DNA of 64,000 bases from Eledone cirrhosa (Eukaryota), in the NCBI GenBank assembly GCA_964016885.1, contig OZ024741.1, positions 26,536,001 to 26,600,000 of the forward strand, given 5' to 3'. This document shows, piece by piece, positions 16,109 to 30,117 of this stretch. The notes beneath the pieces are model-generated. The model was not told the origin of the DNA, searched no databases, and saw nothing but the letters and a program-made list of their open reading frames with translations. Position numbers and translations under genes: made by a program. The first letter of the stretch is position 1; every line of letters starts with the position of its first letter.

Positions 16109-16939
16109 ACACAGGTTTTTTAAATTCTTTTAAATATTTGTTCTCTTTCTCCAATTTATAAAATATAATGAAAATAATAATCTATTGCCAGAAGTTGTTG
16201 TTGCTGTTGCTGTAGGATTATCTGTGACAAATCTTTATCAGTGAAAAGACAATCTAATCATGACCACCCCTTATATTGTATATCGGGAGTGATTATTCAG
16301 TATAGTTATTTAATCTGTAACCCATTGATGTAATATTGCTAATGAAATACACTGCTTATATATAATATTATAAAGCTGAGCAACATGTGTATGTATTATG
16401 TATGTATCCAACACCCCCCCCCATAGTTTCTTAGCTTTACTCTCTCTATAATAGATCATTCCCCCTCTCTATAATTTAACTGCTTTACTCTCTCCGTCGC
16501 TCTTCCCGCTCTCTTTAATCACACACACATCTACAGAGAGAGACAGAAAAACAGAGGGAGGGAAAAAGAGAGAGATAGGCCGTTAGACAGAGAGATACAA
16601 TTAAAGCGTAGTTATTCAGAGAGAGAGGGAGAGAGAGAGAGAAAGCTTAGGAAAACTACACACACACATCTACAGAGAGAGACAGAAAAACAGAAAGAGG
16701 GGAAAGAGAGAGATAGTCCGTTAGACAGAGAGAGATACAATTAAAGTGTTAGTTATTCAGAGAGAGTCGGAAGGACAATGTGACACGGGAGGGTGTGTGG
16801 TATCTTTGCAGTGGCGTGGTGGGGGAAGGCATACCTAGCCAGACACCAGCCGGACGGGCCAGCTAGTGTTTCAATAAATTTTGAAAAAAAAAAAAGAAAA
16901 AAAAAAAAAAAAAAATTCAAATATTTCTAAGAATTTAAT

Positions 16940-17100
16940 AGTTTCTTACTTTTGGTACAAGGCCAGCAATTACCCCCAGTGCATCACTGGTACTTTATTT
17001 TATCAACCTCCTAAGGATGAAAGGCAAAGTTAACCTCGGCGGATTTGAACTCAGAACACAAATAGCCATAACTATGCTGCAAAGCATGGTGTCTGATGCT
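16940..17100 (-). mobile_element. tRNA-derived SINE
   Basis: B-box-like GAGTTCAAATCC followed by CCTTTCATCCTT...GATAAAATAAAGTACCAG central domain, as in the other copies. Confidence 0.8.
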
Positions 17101-17514
17101 CAGATTAACAAACTGTTTCTTTACTAAACTGATATTTAGAACATTGTATAACAAAACAATTGTTAAATAAAATTATAACGCTAGAATTTAATATAAGGAT
17201 AAATAAACATTTTAAAATAAATGGTTTTGTATCTTTAATCCAGAGCAAATAACCAACCCACCTATATCTGCACCTGGTTCTCCCTCACCATCCTCTGGGG
17301 AAACACCTTCTCTATTCTGTCTGCCGGGGGGGGGGGGGGGGGCGTGGAGTGGCCAGCGCTTGTGACCCCATTTGCTTATAACAATGAGAGATGGGGAGGG
17401 TGAAATAGTTATTTACTTTGCAGTAAAGCAATGTCTTGTCCTATGTAATCTTGTTAACATGAAGATTCCTCAATGTCTTTGATGATTCTAAACAAACATA
17501 ATTGTCTCTTTTAT

Positions 17515-17599
17515 TTAACCCTTTAGTTACCAGCCCGGAAAAAACTGGCTCTGATTCCATAAAACAAATCTTTAAAAAATATTGTAACAAAAGAGTTAA
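17515..17599. mobile_element. Tiny TTAA-flanked piggyBac-like MITE remnant
   Basis: TTAACCCTTTAGTTAC ... GTAACAAAAGAGTTAA inverted ends. Confidence 0.55.
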
Positions 17600-17699
17600 G
17601 GCAGTTGGGTGAAGTTAGAGGAGGATTTGGTTGCTATTTCTAACACACCAAGTGACTACCATTACAGGTTTCTTCAGTGCAAATTGTTATTGTGGTTGT

Positions 17700-20090
17700 G
17701 TTGGTGGTAGTGGCTGATGTGATGGTGGTGGTGGTGGCTGATGTGATGGTGGTGGTGGTGGCTGATGTGATATATGGTGGTGGTGGTAGTGGCTGATGTG
17801 ATATATGGTGGTGGTGATGGCTGATGTGATACATGGTGGTGGTGGTGGCTGATGTGGTATATGGTGGTGGTGGTGGCTGATGTGATATATGGTGGTGGTG
17901 GCTGATGTGATATATGGTGGTGGTGGTGGCTGATGTGATATATGGTGGTGGTGGTGGCTAATGTGATATATGGTGGTGGTGGTGGCTGATGTGATATATG
18001 GTGGTGGTGGCTGATGTGATACATGGTGGTGGTGGTGGCTGATGTGATACATGGTGGTGGTGGTGGCTGATGTGATATATGGTGGTGGTGGTGGCTGATG
18101 TGATACATGGTGGTGGTGGTGGCTGATGTGATACATGGTGGTGGTGGCTGATGTGATATATGGTGGTGGTGGTGGCTGATGTGATACATGGTGGTGGCTG
18201 ATGTGATACATGGTGGTGGTGGTGGCTGATGTGATATATGGTGGTGGTGGTGGTGGCTGATGTGATATATGGTGGTGGTGGTGGCTGATGTGATACATGG
18301 TGGTGGTGGCTGATGTGATATATGGTGGTGGTGGTGGTGATGTGATATATGGTGGTGGTGGTGGTGGCTGATGTGATATATGGTGGTGGTGGTGGCTGAT
18401 GTGATATATGGTGGTGGTGGTGATGTGATATATGGTGGTGGTGGTGGCTGATGTGATACATGGTGGTGGTGGTGGCTGATGTGATACATGGTGGTGGTGG
18501 TGGCTGATGTGATATATGGTGGTGGTGATGGCTGATGTGATACATGGTGGTGGTGGTGGCTGATGTGATATATGGTGGTGGTGGTGGTGGCTGATGTGAT
18601 ATGGTGGTGGTGGTGGCTGATGTGATATATGGTGGTGGTGGTGGCTGATGTGATACATGGTGGTGGTGGTGGCTGATGTGATATATGGTGGTGGTGATGG
18701 GTGATGTGATACATGGTGGTGGTGGTGGCTGATGTGATATATGGTGGTGGTGGTGGTGGCTGATGTGATATATGGTGGTGGTGGTGGTGATGTGATATAT
18801 GGTGGTGGTGGTGGCTGATGTGATATATGGTGGTGGTGGTGGCTGATGTGATATATGGTGGTGGTGGTGGTGGCTGATGTGATATATGGTGGTGGTGGTG
18901 GTGGCTGATGTGATATATGGTGGTGGTGGTGGTGGCTGATGTGATATATGGTGGTGGTGGTGATGTGATATATGGTGGTGGTGGTGGTGGCTGATGTGAT
19001 ATATGGTGGTGGTGGTGGCTGATGTGATACATGGTGGTGGTGGTGGTGGCTGATGTGATATATGGTGGTGGTGGTGGTGGCTGATGTGATATATGGTGGT
19101 GGTGGTGGTGGCTGATGTGATATATGGTGGTGGTGGCTGATGTGATATATGGTGGTGGTGGTGGTGGCTGATGTGATATATGGTGGTGGTGGTGATGTGA
19201 TATATGGTGGTGGTGGTGGTGGCTGATGTGATATATGGTGGTGGTGGTGGCTGATGTGATACATGGTGGTGGTGGTGGTGGCTGATGTGATATATGGTGG
19301 TGGTGGTGGTGGCTGATGTGATATATGGTGGTGGTGGTGGCTGATGTGATATATGGTGGTGGTGGTGGCTGATGTGATACATGGTGGTGGTGGTGGCTGA
19401 TGTGATATATGGTGGTGGTGGTGGCTGATGTGATATATGGTGGTGGTGGTGGCTGATGTGATACATGGTGGTGGTGGTGGCTGATGTGATACATGGTGGT
19501 GGTGGTGGCTGATGTGATACATGGTGGTGGTGGTGGCTGATGTGATATATGGTGGTGGTGGTGGCTGATGTGATACATGGTGGTGGTGGTGGCTGATGTG
19601 ATACATGGTGGTGGTGGTGGCTGATGTGATACATGGTGGTGGTGGTGGCTGATGTGATATATGGTGGTGGTGGTGGCTGATGTGATATATGGTGGTGGTG
19701 GTGGCTGATGTGATATATGGTGGTGGTGGTGGCTGATGTGATATATGGTGGTGGTGGTGGCTGATGTGATATATGGTGGTGGTGGTGGCTGATGTGATAT
19801 ATGGTGGTGGTGGTGGCTGATGTGATACATGGTGGTGGTGGTGGCTGATGTGATACATGGTGGTGGTGGTGGCTGATGTGATACATGGTGGTGGTGGTGG
19901 CTGATGTGATATATGGTGGTGGTGGTGGCTGATGTGATATATGGTGGTGGTGGTGGCTGATGTGATATATGGTGGTGGTGGTGGTGGTGGTGGCTGATGT
20001 GATATATGGTGGTGGTGGTGGTGGTGGTGGCTGATGTGATATATGGTGGTGGTGGTGGTGGTGGTGGCTGATGTGATATATGGTGGTGAT
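17700..20090. repeat. Compound minisatellite (GGT)n-GGCTGATGTGATA(T/C)AT
   Basis: Constant ~16-bp core with a variable number of GGT triplets. Confidence 0.96.
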
Positions 20091-20574
20091 GATGATGATG
20101 TGGTGGTGATGGTGTGGTGCTGATGGTGGTGGTGGTAGTAGCTGATGTGATTCAGGTTGGATGATGTTGGTGGTGGTGCTGGTAGTAGTTATTGATGTAA
20201 TATATGGTGATGATGATGATGTTGTACTGGTGGTTATTGGTGTTGGTGGTTGTAACTTCCAGTGTGGTAGTAGGTAGGTCATAGCCTGCAGCAGCAGCAG
20301 CAGCAGCAGTTGTTGTTGTTGTTGTTGTACCTGTCATACAGTGGACATATGTTTTCTGTCTTGTGAATGAATGAATAATGGGGCACCACTACTACTACTA
20401 CTACTACCACTACTACTACCACCACTACCATTGTTGCTGCTGCTCCTACTAATACTACTTCTACTACCACCACCACCTTTGCTGCTACTACTACTACTAC
20501 AACAACCACCACTACCACCACTACTACTACCACTCTGCTTTATTCCTTTCCAGACAACCATACACACACACACA

Positions 20575-20966
20575 CTCATACATACATGTACACAAACTCA
20601 TATATATATATATATACATGTACACACAAACACATACATACATGTACACACAAACTCATAAATACATGTACACACAAATGCATACATACATATACACACA
20701 AATGCATACATACATGTACACACAAATGCATACATACATGTACACAAACTCATATACATACATGTACACAAACTCATATACATACATGTACACAAACTCA
20801 TATACATACATGTACACAAACCCATATACATACATGTACACACAAACCCATATACATACATGTACACAAACTCATATACATACATGTACACAAACTCATA
20901 TACATACATGTACACAAACTCATATACATACATGTACACAAACTCATATACATACATGTACACAAA

Positions 20967-21024
<58 letters not shown>

Positions 21025-23045
21025 CACACAAACACATACATACATGTACACACAAACTCATAAATACATGTACACACAAATGCATACATACATATACACA
21101 CAAATGCATACATACATATACACACAAATGCATACATATATATACACACAAATGCATACATATATATACACACAAATGCATACATACATGTACACAAACT
21201 CATATACATACATGTACACAAACTCATATACATACATGTACACACAAACCCATATACATACATGTACACAAACTCATATACATACATGTACACACAAACC
21301 CATATACATACATGTACACACAAACCCATATACATACATGTACACAAACTCATATACATACATGTACACAAACTCATATACATACATGTACACACAAACC
21401 CATATACATACATGTACACAAACTCATATATATATACATGTACACACAAACACATACATACATGTACACACAAATGCATACATACATGTACACAAACTCA
21501 TATACATACATGTACACAAACTCATATATATATATATATACATGTACACACAAACACATACATACATGTACACACAAACACATACATACATATACACATA
21601 AATGCATACATACATGTACACACAAACTCATATACATACATGTACACATAAACTTATATACATACATGTACACACAAACTCATATATATATATATATATA
21701 TACATGTACACACAAACACATACATACATGTACACACAAACTCATATACATACATGTACACAAACTCATATACATACATGTACACACAAACTCATATATA
21801 TATATACATGTACACACAAACACATACATGCATGTACACACAAACACATACATACATATACACACAAATGCATACATACACCCACAAATGCATACATACA
21901 TGTACACAAACTCATATACATACATGTACACACAAACTCATATACATACATGTACACACAAACACATACATGTACACACAAACTCATATACATACATGTA
22001 CACATAAATTCATATACATACATGTACACAAACTCATATATATATATACATGTACACACAAACACATACATGCATGTACACACAAACACATACATACATA
22101 TACACACAAATGCATACATACATGTACACACAAATGCATACATACATGTACACACAAATGCATACATACATGTACACACAAACTCATATACATACATGTA
22201 CACATAAACTCATATACATACATGTACACATAAACTCATATATATATATACATGTACACACAAACACATACATGCATATACACACAAACACATACATGCA
22301 TGTACACACAAACACATACATACATGTACACACAAATGCATACATACATGTACACACAAACTCATATACATACATGTACACATAAACTCATATACATACA
22401 TGTACACATAAACTCATATACATACATGTATACATAAACTCATATACATACATGTACACATAAACTCATATGCATACATGTACACAAACTCATATGCATA
22501 CATGTACACATAAACTCATATACATACATGTACACATAAACTCATATATATATACATGTACACAAACTCATACATACATGCACACACAAACATACATACA
22601 TATACACACAAATGCATACATACATGTACACACAAATGCATACATACATGTACACACAAACTCATATACATACATGTACACATAAACTCATATATATATA
22701 TACATGTACACACAAACTCATACATACATGCACACACAAACACATACATACATATACACACAAATGCATACAAACTCATATACATACATGTACACAACAC
22801 TCATATATACATGTTCACACAAACTTATATATATATATACATGTACACACAAACACATACATACATGTATACACAAACTCATACATACATGTATACACAA
22901 ACTCATACATACATGTATACACAAATACATACATACATGTACACACAAACTCATATACATACATGTACACAAACTCATATACATACATGTACACAAACTC
23001 ATATACATACATGTACACAAACTCATATACATACATGTACACAAA

Positions 23046-23099
<54 letters not shown>

Positions 23100-25065
23100 C
23101 ACACAAACACATACATACATGTACACACAAACTCATAAATACATGTACACACAAATGCATACATACATATACACACAAATGCATACATACATATACACAC
23201 AAATGCATACATATATATACACACAAATGCATACATACATGTACACAAACTCATATACATACATGTACACAAACTCATATACATACATGTACACAAACTC
23301 ATATACATACATGTACACACAAACCCATATACATACATGTACACAAACTCATATACATACATGTACACAAACTCATATACATACATGTACACACAAACCC
23401 ATATACATACATGTACACAAACTCATATATATATACATGTACACACAAACACATACATACATGTACACACAAATGCATACATACATGTACACAAACTCAT
23501 ATACATACATGTACACAAACTCATATACATACATGTACACAAACTCATATATATATATATATATACATGTACACACAAACACATACATACATGTACACAC
23601 AAACACATACATACATATACACATAAATGCATACATACATGTACACACAAACTCATATACATACATGTACACATAAACTTATATACATACATGTACACAC
23701 AAACTCATATATATATATATATACATGTACACACAAACACATACATACATGTACACACAAACTCATATACATACATGTACACAAACTCATATACATACAT
23801 GTACACACAAACTCATATATATATATACATGTACACACAAACACATACATGCATGTACACACAAACACATACATACATATACACACAAATGCATACATAC
23901 ACACACAAATGCATACATACATGTACACAAACTCATATACATACATGTACACACAAACTCATATACATACATGTACACACAAACACATACATGTACACAC
24001 AAACTCATATACATACATGTACACATAAACTCATATACATACATGTACACAAACTCATATATATATATACATGTACACACAAACACATACATGCATGTAC
24101 ACACAAACACATACATACATATACACACAAATGCATACATACATGTACACACAAATGCATACATACATGTACACACAAACTCATATACATACATGTACAC
24201 ATAAACTCATATACATACATGTACACATAAACTCATATATATATATACATGTACACACAAACACATACATGCATGTACACACAAACACATACATGCATGT
24301 ACACACAAACATATACATACATGTACACACAAATGCATACATACATGTACACACAAACTCATATACATACATGTACACATAAACTCATATACATACATGT
24401 ACACATAAACTCATATACATACATGTACACATAAACTCATATGCATACATGTACACAAACTCATATGCATACATGTACACAAACTCATATGCATACATGT
24501 ACACATAAACTCATATACATACATGTACACATAAACTCATATATATATACATGTACACAAACTCATACATACATGCACACACAAACATACATACATACAT
24601 GTACACACAAATGCATACATACATGTACACACAAACTCATATACATACATGTACACATAAACTCATATATATATACATGTACACACAAACTCATACATAC
24701 ATGCACACACAAACACATACATACATATACACACAAATGCATACAAACTCATATACATACATGTACACAACACTCATATATACATGTTCACACAAACTTA
24801 TATATATATATACATGTACACACAAACACATACATACATGTATACACAAACTCATACATACATGTATACACAAACTCATACATACATGTATACACAAATA
24901 CATACATACATGTACACACAAACTCATATACATACATGTACACAAAACTCATATATACATGTTCACACAAACATATATATATACATGTACACACAAACAC
25001 ATACATACATGTATACACAAACTCTATACATACACTTATACACAAACACATACATACATGTACAC
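20575..25065. repeat. 24-26-bp satellite (ACATACATGTACACAAACTCATAT) with ~2 kb higher-order duplication
   Basis: Direct reading; marker variants recur ~2 kb apart. Confidence 0.93.
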
Positions 25066-26095
25066 ATCAACCCACATTGTTACATATTTATACAGGTACA
25101 GACACACACAGAGACAGACAGACAGACTGATCTTCCATCCTTAGAAGAAAATAACAGTGTTTGTATACATGCACATGTGTGAGTGTGTACATGTAGTAGT
25201 GAGCATGTGTGTATGTGTGTGTGTGTGTGTGTATATGTGTGTGTGAGTGTGTATATATGTGAGAGTGTGTATGTGTGAGTGTGTATGTGTATGTGTGTGT
25301 ATATGTGTGAGTGTGTGTGAATGAAAAAAGACATTAGTTTTCATCAGAGATATTGCAAAGGAATCATTCATTCTTTAAACTCAGCCAGACAGATGTGGTG
25401 GTGGCGGTGGTGTGGTGGTGGTGGTGGTGGTGGTGCAGTGGTGGTGTGGTGGTGGTGGTGCAGTGGTGGTGTGGTGGTGGTGGTGCTGTGGTGGTGGTGT
25501 GGTGGAGCTGTGGTGGTGGTGGTGGTGGTGGTGGTGGTGCTGTGGAGATGAGAGAGGAAGATAAAGTAGGAGTGTATAGACTGCTCACAACAGCATCACC
25601 ACAACAATCATCATCATCATACAATAGACAAGAGAAAGGGAAGAGAAGATACAGTATGAGTGTAGACAGCTCACACCACCACCAGCTCAGAGAAGCTACA
25701 TAAACAACACTATAATTTATTTAGACAGTTAAAGAGGGCTGGGCGGTAGTGGTGTGGTGGATTGTGATTTGGTGGTAGTGGCAGTGCTGATTGGGTGGTG
25801 GTGGGCGGTTGGTGATGATGGTGCAGGAGTTCATACTTCAAACTGCATTAATTAAGTGTGAGACCCAGCATACAAGACTAAGTCAGCTTCAGACCAGAAA
25901 AGAACCAAACTAGAAGTACAGAGATACAAAATAGAACCAGAATCCCTGACCAAACTCAGGGTGGCCAGCCCCAGTAAAAATCTTTCAGTAAAGTTTGTAA
26001 CATTCTTAAGCTCTTGGATTCTAATCTCCTTATACATGTGATCCTCTATGGTGGGCTCCCACAGAAAAATCACTGACAAAATATTTCTTTGACAC

Positions 26096-26432
26096 ATCAT
26101 CATCATCGTTTTACGTCCGCTTTTCCCTGCTTGCAAGGGTGGGACGGATCCTATTCAGCACAGCATCTCTCCACTTGTCACGGTCCTTTGTCATCTCCTC
26201 CATGAGCTTCAGCAATCTGAGGTCTGCTCTCATCACCTCCACCCATGTTGTTCATGGTCTTCCTTCTACTGGCATTTCTTGGCACTTCTTTACCCAGCGG
26301 TCATCCTCCATGCGCATCACATGTCCATACCATCGCAGTCTTCTCTCCCACACACTATAACTTATCCCTCTTAAACACAGTTTCTCTCTCAACTCATCCA
26401 TGCTTCATTGTTCACGTACATTGACATGACAC
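26096..26432 (-). mobile_element. Degenerate RTE family B 3' fragment
   Basis: Homologous to 2998-3368. Confidence 0.85.
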
Positions 26433-26453
26433 AATAAATAGATAACAGAGGTG

Positions 26454-26870
26454 TACTGTCACATCTCAAATAATGCCCCAATTCCCCCACTTATTAATTT
26501 TTCAGACTTTTTCCGATCCCACCTCCCCTGCCAGCACTTATTCCCACCTCCACTTATTAAATTTTGCTAATCTCTCCAGCAAAATTTTATTTTAAGTGAT
26601 AACATTCCTGTTACAATTAATTTTCTTTACACATTAAAAAAGCATTATACATGACCCCAAAAAAGTACATTACTAGAAATCCCATGTTATAAAAGGAATA
26701 AGATGGGTTGGGGTTTCAATATGTAAACTAAACGACTAATTCTGGTTTTTAAAAAATCAACGGAGACAACCTAGAAAAATTATCAATTTTGCAACCCCCA
26801 CGCTTATTCCAACACCTTCGATTGTTCCACTACCTCCTGCTTATTTCAAACCCCTGCTTATTCCCCTCCT
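26454..26870 (+). mobile_element. TA-type MITE copy with right end lost at an RTE fragment
   Basis: Shared internal sequence TTATTAAATTTTGCTAAT...GAAATCCCATGTTATAAAA. Confidence 0.7.
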
Positions 26871-27597
26871 GTGCAGATCGGAAAGGAATGAAGCTGCATG
26901 CTCTGTTGCATGTGTAATATACATGAATGGCAAAACATAAACGAACTAAGTGAGAAATTAGGAATAAGAGGGATCAGATGCAGTTTACTTGAGAGGAGAT
27001 TACATTGGTATGGTCATGTGATGCGCATGAAGGACGACAGCTGTATAAATAAGTGCAGGGCGATCAAAATTGATGGAAGTTACAGAGTAGGTAGAGGCAG
27101 AAAAACCTGGGACGATATGATAAAATCTGACCTTGCACACTTACACCTCTCTAAGACAATGTCACTGGATCGAGAACTTTGGCGCCACGCAGTAATACAG
27201 AAGACCCGCCTTCCCTACATACAAAGTTAACCTACAGTCAGTAGGCCCCTCCTAACCAAATATACACCCCAACCCACTACCCCTACTCCATCCTCCCACT
27301 TCTACCCTTTCTCTGTAAAGTTATGTTGGTACCACAGAACATCCAGTCCGCACTAAAGACGTGTCGGTGTCAACAAAAAGCACCCATGCTGTTGTGTAGG
27401 AGACATGGTAAAAAGGCTCTCAGTCCACACTGTAAATGTGGTTGGTGTTAGGAAGGGCATCCAGCCGTAGAAAACCAGCCAGATACAGTCCTATACAAGC
27501 GAGACACGGTCACCCGATCAATCTTGCCTCAAGTGGGACAATTCCCGTCTAACTCATGCTAGCGTGGAAGATAGACGTTAAACGGTGATGATGATGA
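26870..27597 (+). mobile_element. Older truncated RTE family A copy
   Basis: ORF 26898-27230 matches the C-terminus; diverged UTR and tail. Confidence 0.88.
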
Positions 27598-28321
27598 AGT
27601 GTTGGTACATTAAACTGTGATCAATATCATAGCAAGACAAAGCAACCATAGTGAGACTTAAGTTTAACATACATGAACACATTGTATAGACCTCTTATGC
27701 CTCTTATGAATTACCCTATGTTAGTGTTACTGCTACTTAAACAATAATGTCAGATTTACATGCTTCACCTGTAAAATATGGAATGGTCATGGCTGGAATG
27801 ACTCTGAATATAGGTTTGTTCAACTAGGATTGAACTATTACAACAACCCTGAGCACCTTTTTGAATTCCATCTTTCCAACAAACAGTACAGCTTTCATGA
27901 CTTTCAGAAACATTTTCCCATGCTGAAGCATGGAACACACTACCAGCATCAGTTGTTAGCTGTCAGGACACTGAATCCTTCAAAACTTCCATGCTCCCTG
28001 AAATTTGCCAACACTACACCTGATATTCCCCCCTTCACACACACGCATGCATGTATCTGTGTGTATAACATGACTCATACACTGTTCACTTTCCTGACAT
28101 TTGCACATTATTCTATGTACTATACATGCACCTTTGATGTGTTGTAGTGCACCTGAGCAGTGTACACAATTTTCATTATTATTACCTATATATTGATGAG
28201 GTCCTTAGTGTTATTGCTAAATTTTATTTAATATAACTGCCCCTCTGTTCCTTGTTCTACGTATTTCACTCAATGTGGCCATTCTGGTCCCAGTAAAAGA
28301 AATCATTGTTATTATTATTAA

Positions 28322-28542
28322 AAGGGCAGCCGATTGGCGGTATCAGCAGAGCATCGGACAGCATGTTTTATGGCATTATGGCTCTTTATGTATGTTCTGA
28401 ATTCAAATCTTGTCAAGGTTAGCTTTGCCTTTCATCGTTATGGGGGTTGATAAAATAAAATACCAGAAATGCACTGGGGTCAATTTGATTGCCTTCCCCT
28501 CCCACCAAATTATTGGCCTAGTGCCTAAATCAGAAACCATTA
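28322..28542 (+). mobile_element. tRNA-derived SINE (diverged)
   Basis: A-box-like TGGCGGTATCAGCAG, GAATTCAAATC, CCTTTCATC...GATAAAATAAAATACCAG. Confidence 0.75.
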
Positions 28543-29684
28543 TCTATACATATATATATAAAACTGTAGTTGTCTGTGTGTGTGTCCTCGTTTCTGCAAA
28601 GTCTATACAAATCCACATTTCTACTCCGATTGACTTCAAACTTGCATTTATATATTCATTGCAGTCTAAAGATATGAACTGCAGCTTTTATTTTTCAATT
28701 TTCTGTAGTTAAAGGGGTGTTAGGCACCGGTTATCGATCTCTGTCGCGCCCTTATAATATCTGTCTGTATGCCTGATTGTCTGCATTATGTTTGCTATTT
28801 TCCGTTCATTGCCAGGGAACGTCTTCACGAACCAAAGTATCGTCTTCCTGTTTTCCTTCGGTTGCAACGTTTTTCGAAATATTTACTTCTGCATTCACAG
28901 ATGGATTTTTTTAGTTTCAGAAGATCCCGTTAAGGGTGAAAACAGCGATTCTTTGCTTAAACTTTAATCTGTTATTTTAATATATAATATAAGCGAGGCA
29001 AGCCAGCCCAGTTGCCACTTCTTGCCAATAAACATTAACCCTTTGTGCGCCATTCATCTAACTGTAGACCAACAAATACCAACTAAACGGAGCATTGACA
29101 AGAACGATGGCGAATGAATCTTCGAGGTAAGCAGTTTCCTCCCGAGTTGTTAGTTCATGCAGGATTCTCTGCTACACATTTTCGTAATAATACCTAACAA
29201 CGTACTGCTGGTCACTCCTTCCTCCAAAAGCCGTACAAAGCGGTCATGTGCATCGGGCAGATGGATCGGGTGCAAATCTACACCAGGCCTACGCGAGAAA
29301 TTCACAAGGGACTGCACTGAGAGGGATAGAGAGAAGAGTAACTTAGTGACAAGAGTGTTAATGAACTTTTGAGGTAAGTAGCCTACGCCTTACTACTATT
29401 GAACTGGAACCTTCTGCCAACTTAACCTGTGACTTTCTCTTTCACATTTACTTCAATAGGCCAAAACAGAGGAGTATGAAAAGAAGGGGCTCAACAATAT
29501 TTCTATGAACAATACATGTAGACAGCTAAACTGTACTTTCAACTTCTTAATTTTCTCCTCATAAAACAAGTTTCCTGTCGGTATATTTTCGTGAGTTTTT
29601 AACAGGCATTCACAAATAAACGTTTCTCATTGGAGGTGATATTACCAATGTTCTTATCCGTGCAATGCCGGGATACACTGCTAG
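28543..29684 (+). mobile_element. Non-autonomous Helitron
   Basis: 5' A|TC start, subterminal hairpin-like CCGTGCAATGCCGGG, 3' CTAG|T, no TSD. Confidence 0.8.
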
Positions 29685-30081
29685 TTATTATTAAAATTAC
29701 TAGTTTAATAGTAGGGTCAATATAGTTACCATTCCTCACTGCATCAAATTGATGGCAAAGTAGCTAAATTAGAAACTGTTATTAGCATTATTGAAAGAAA
29801 TTATTATTATTATTGTATTTGTGTAACTTGTTATATTGTTATTGTTATGTCAATAATATTACTGTTATTGTTGTTATGACAATAATATTGTTATCTCACT
29901 ATTTTTAATTAAATTTTTTGTTTTTCATGAATTTGTCCAATCTATTTTCAAATTTCATTGAGAAATGTTAGCTGCTTTTCTCTTATACACACACATATAT
30001 ATATATGTATGTATATATATATATATGTATATACATCATCATCATCGTTTAACGTCCATCTTCCACGCTTGCATGGGTTTG

Positions 30082-30114
<33 letters not shown>

Positions 30115-30117
<3 letters not shown>

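Noticed and set aside
17260-17322. Exon-like AG...GT segment on minus
   Set aside because: No VPS41 similarity; homologous to the repeat near 62885-62930
17674-20282. His/Pro/Thr-rich ORFs over 700 aa (extensin- or mucin-like)
   Set aside because: Open in all three frames of a minisatellite with frame-shifting unit lengths; no splice or domain support
20330-20360. Possible micro-exon on minus (TENICPLYDR)
   Set aside because: Weak splice sites and no similarity to the expected VPS41 sequence
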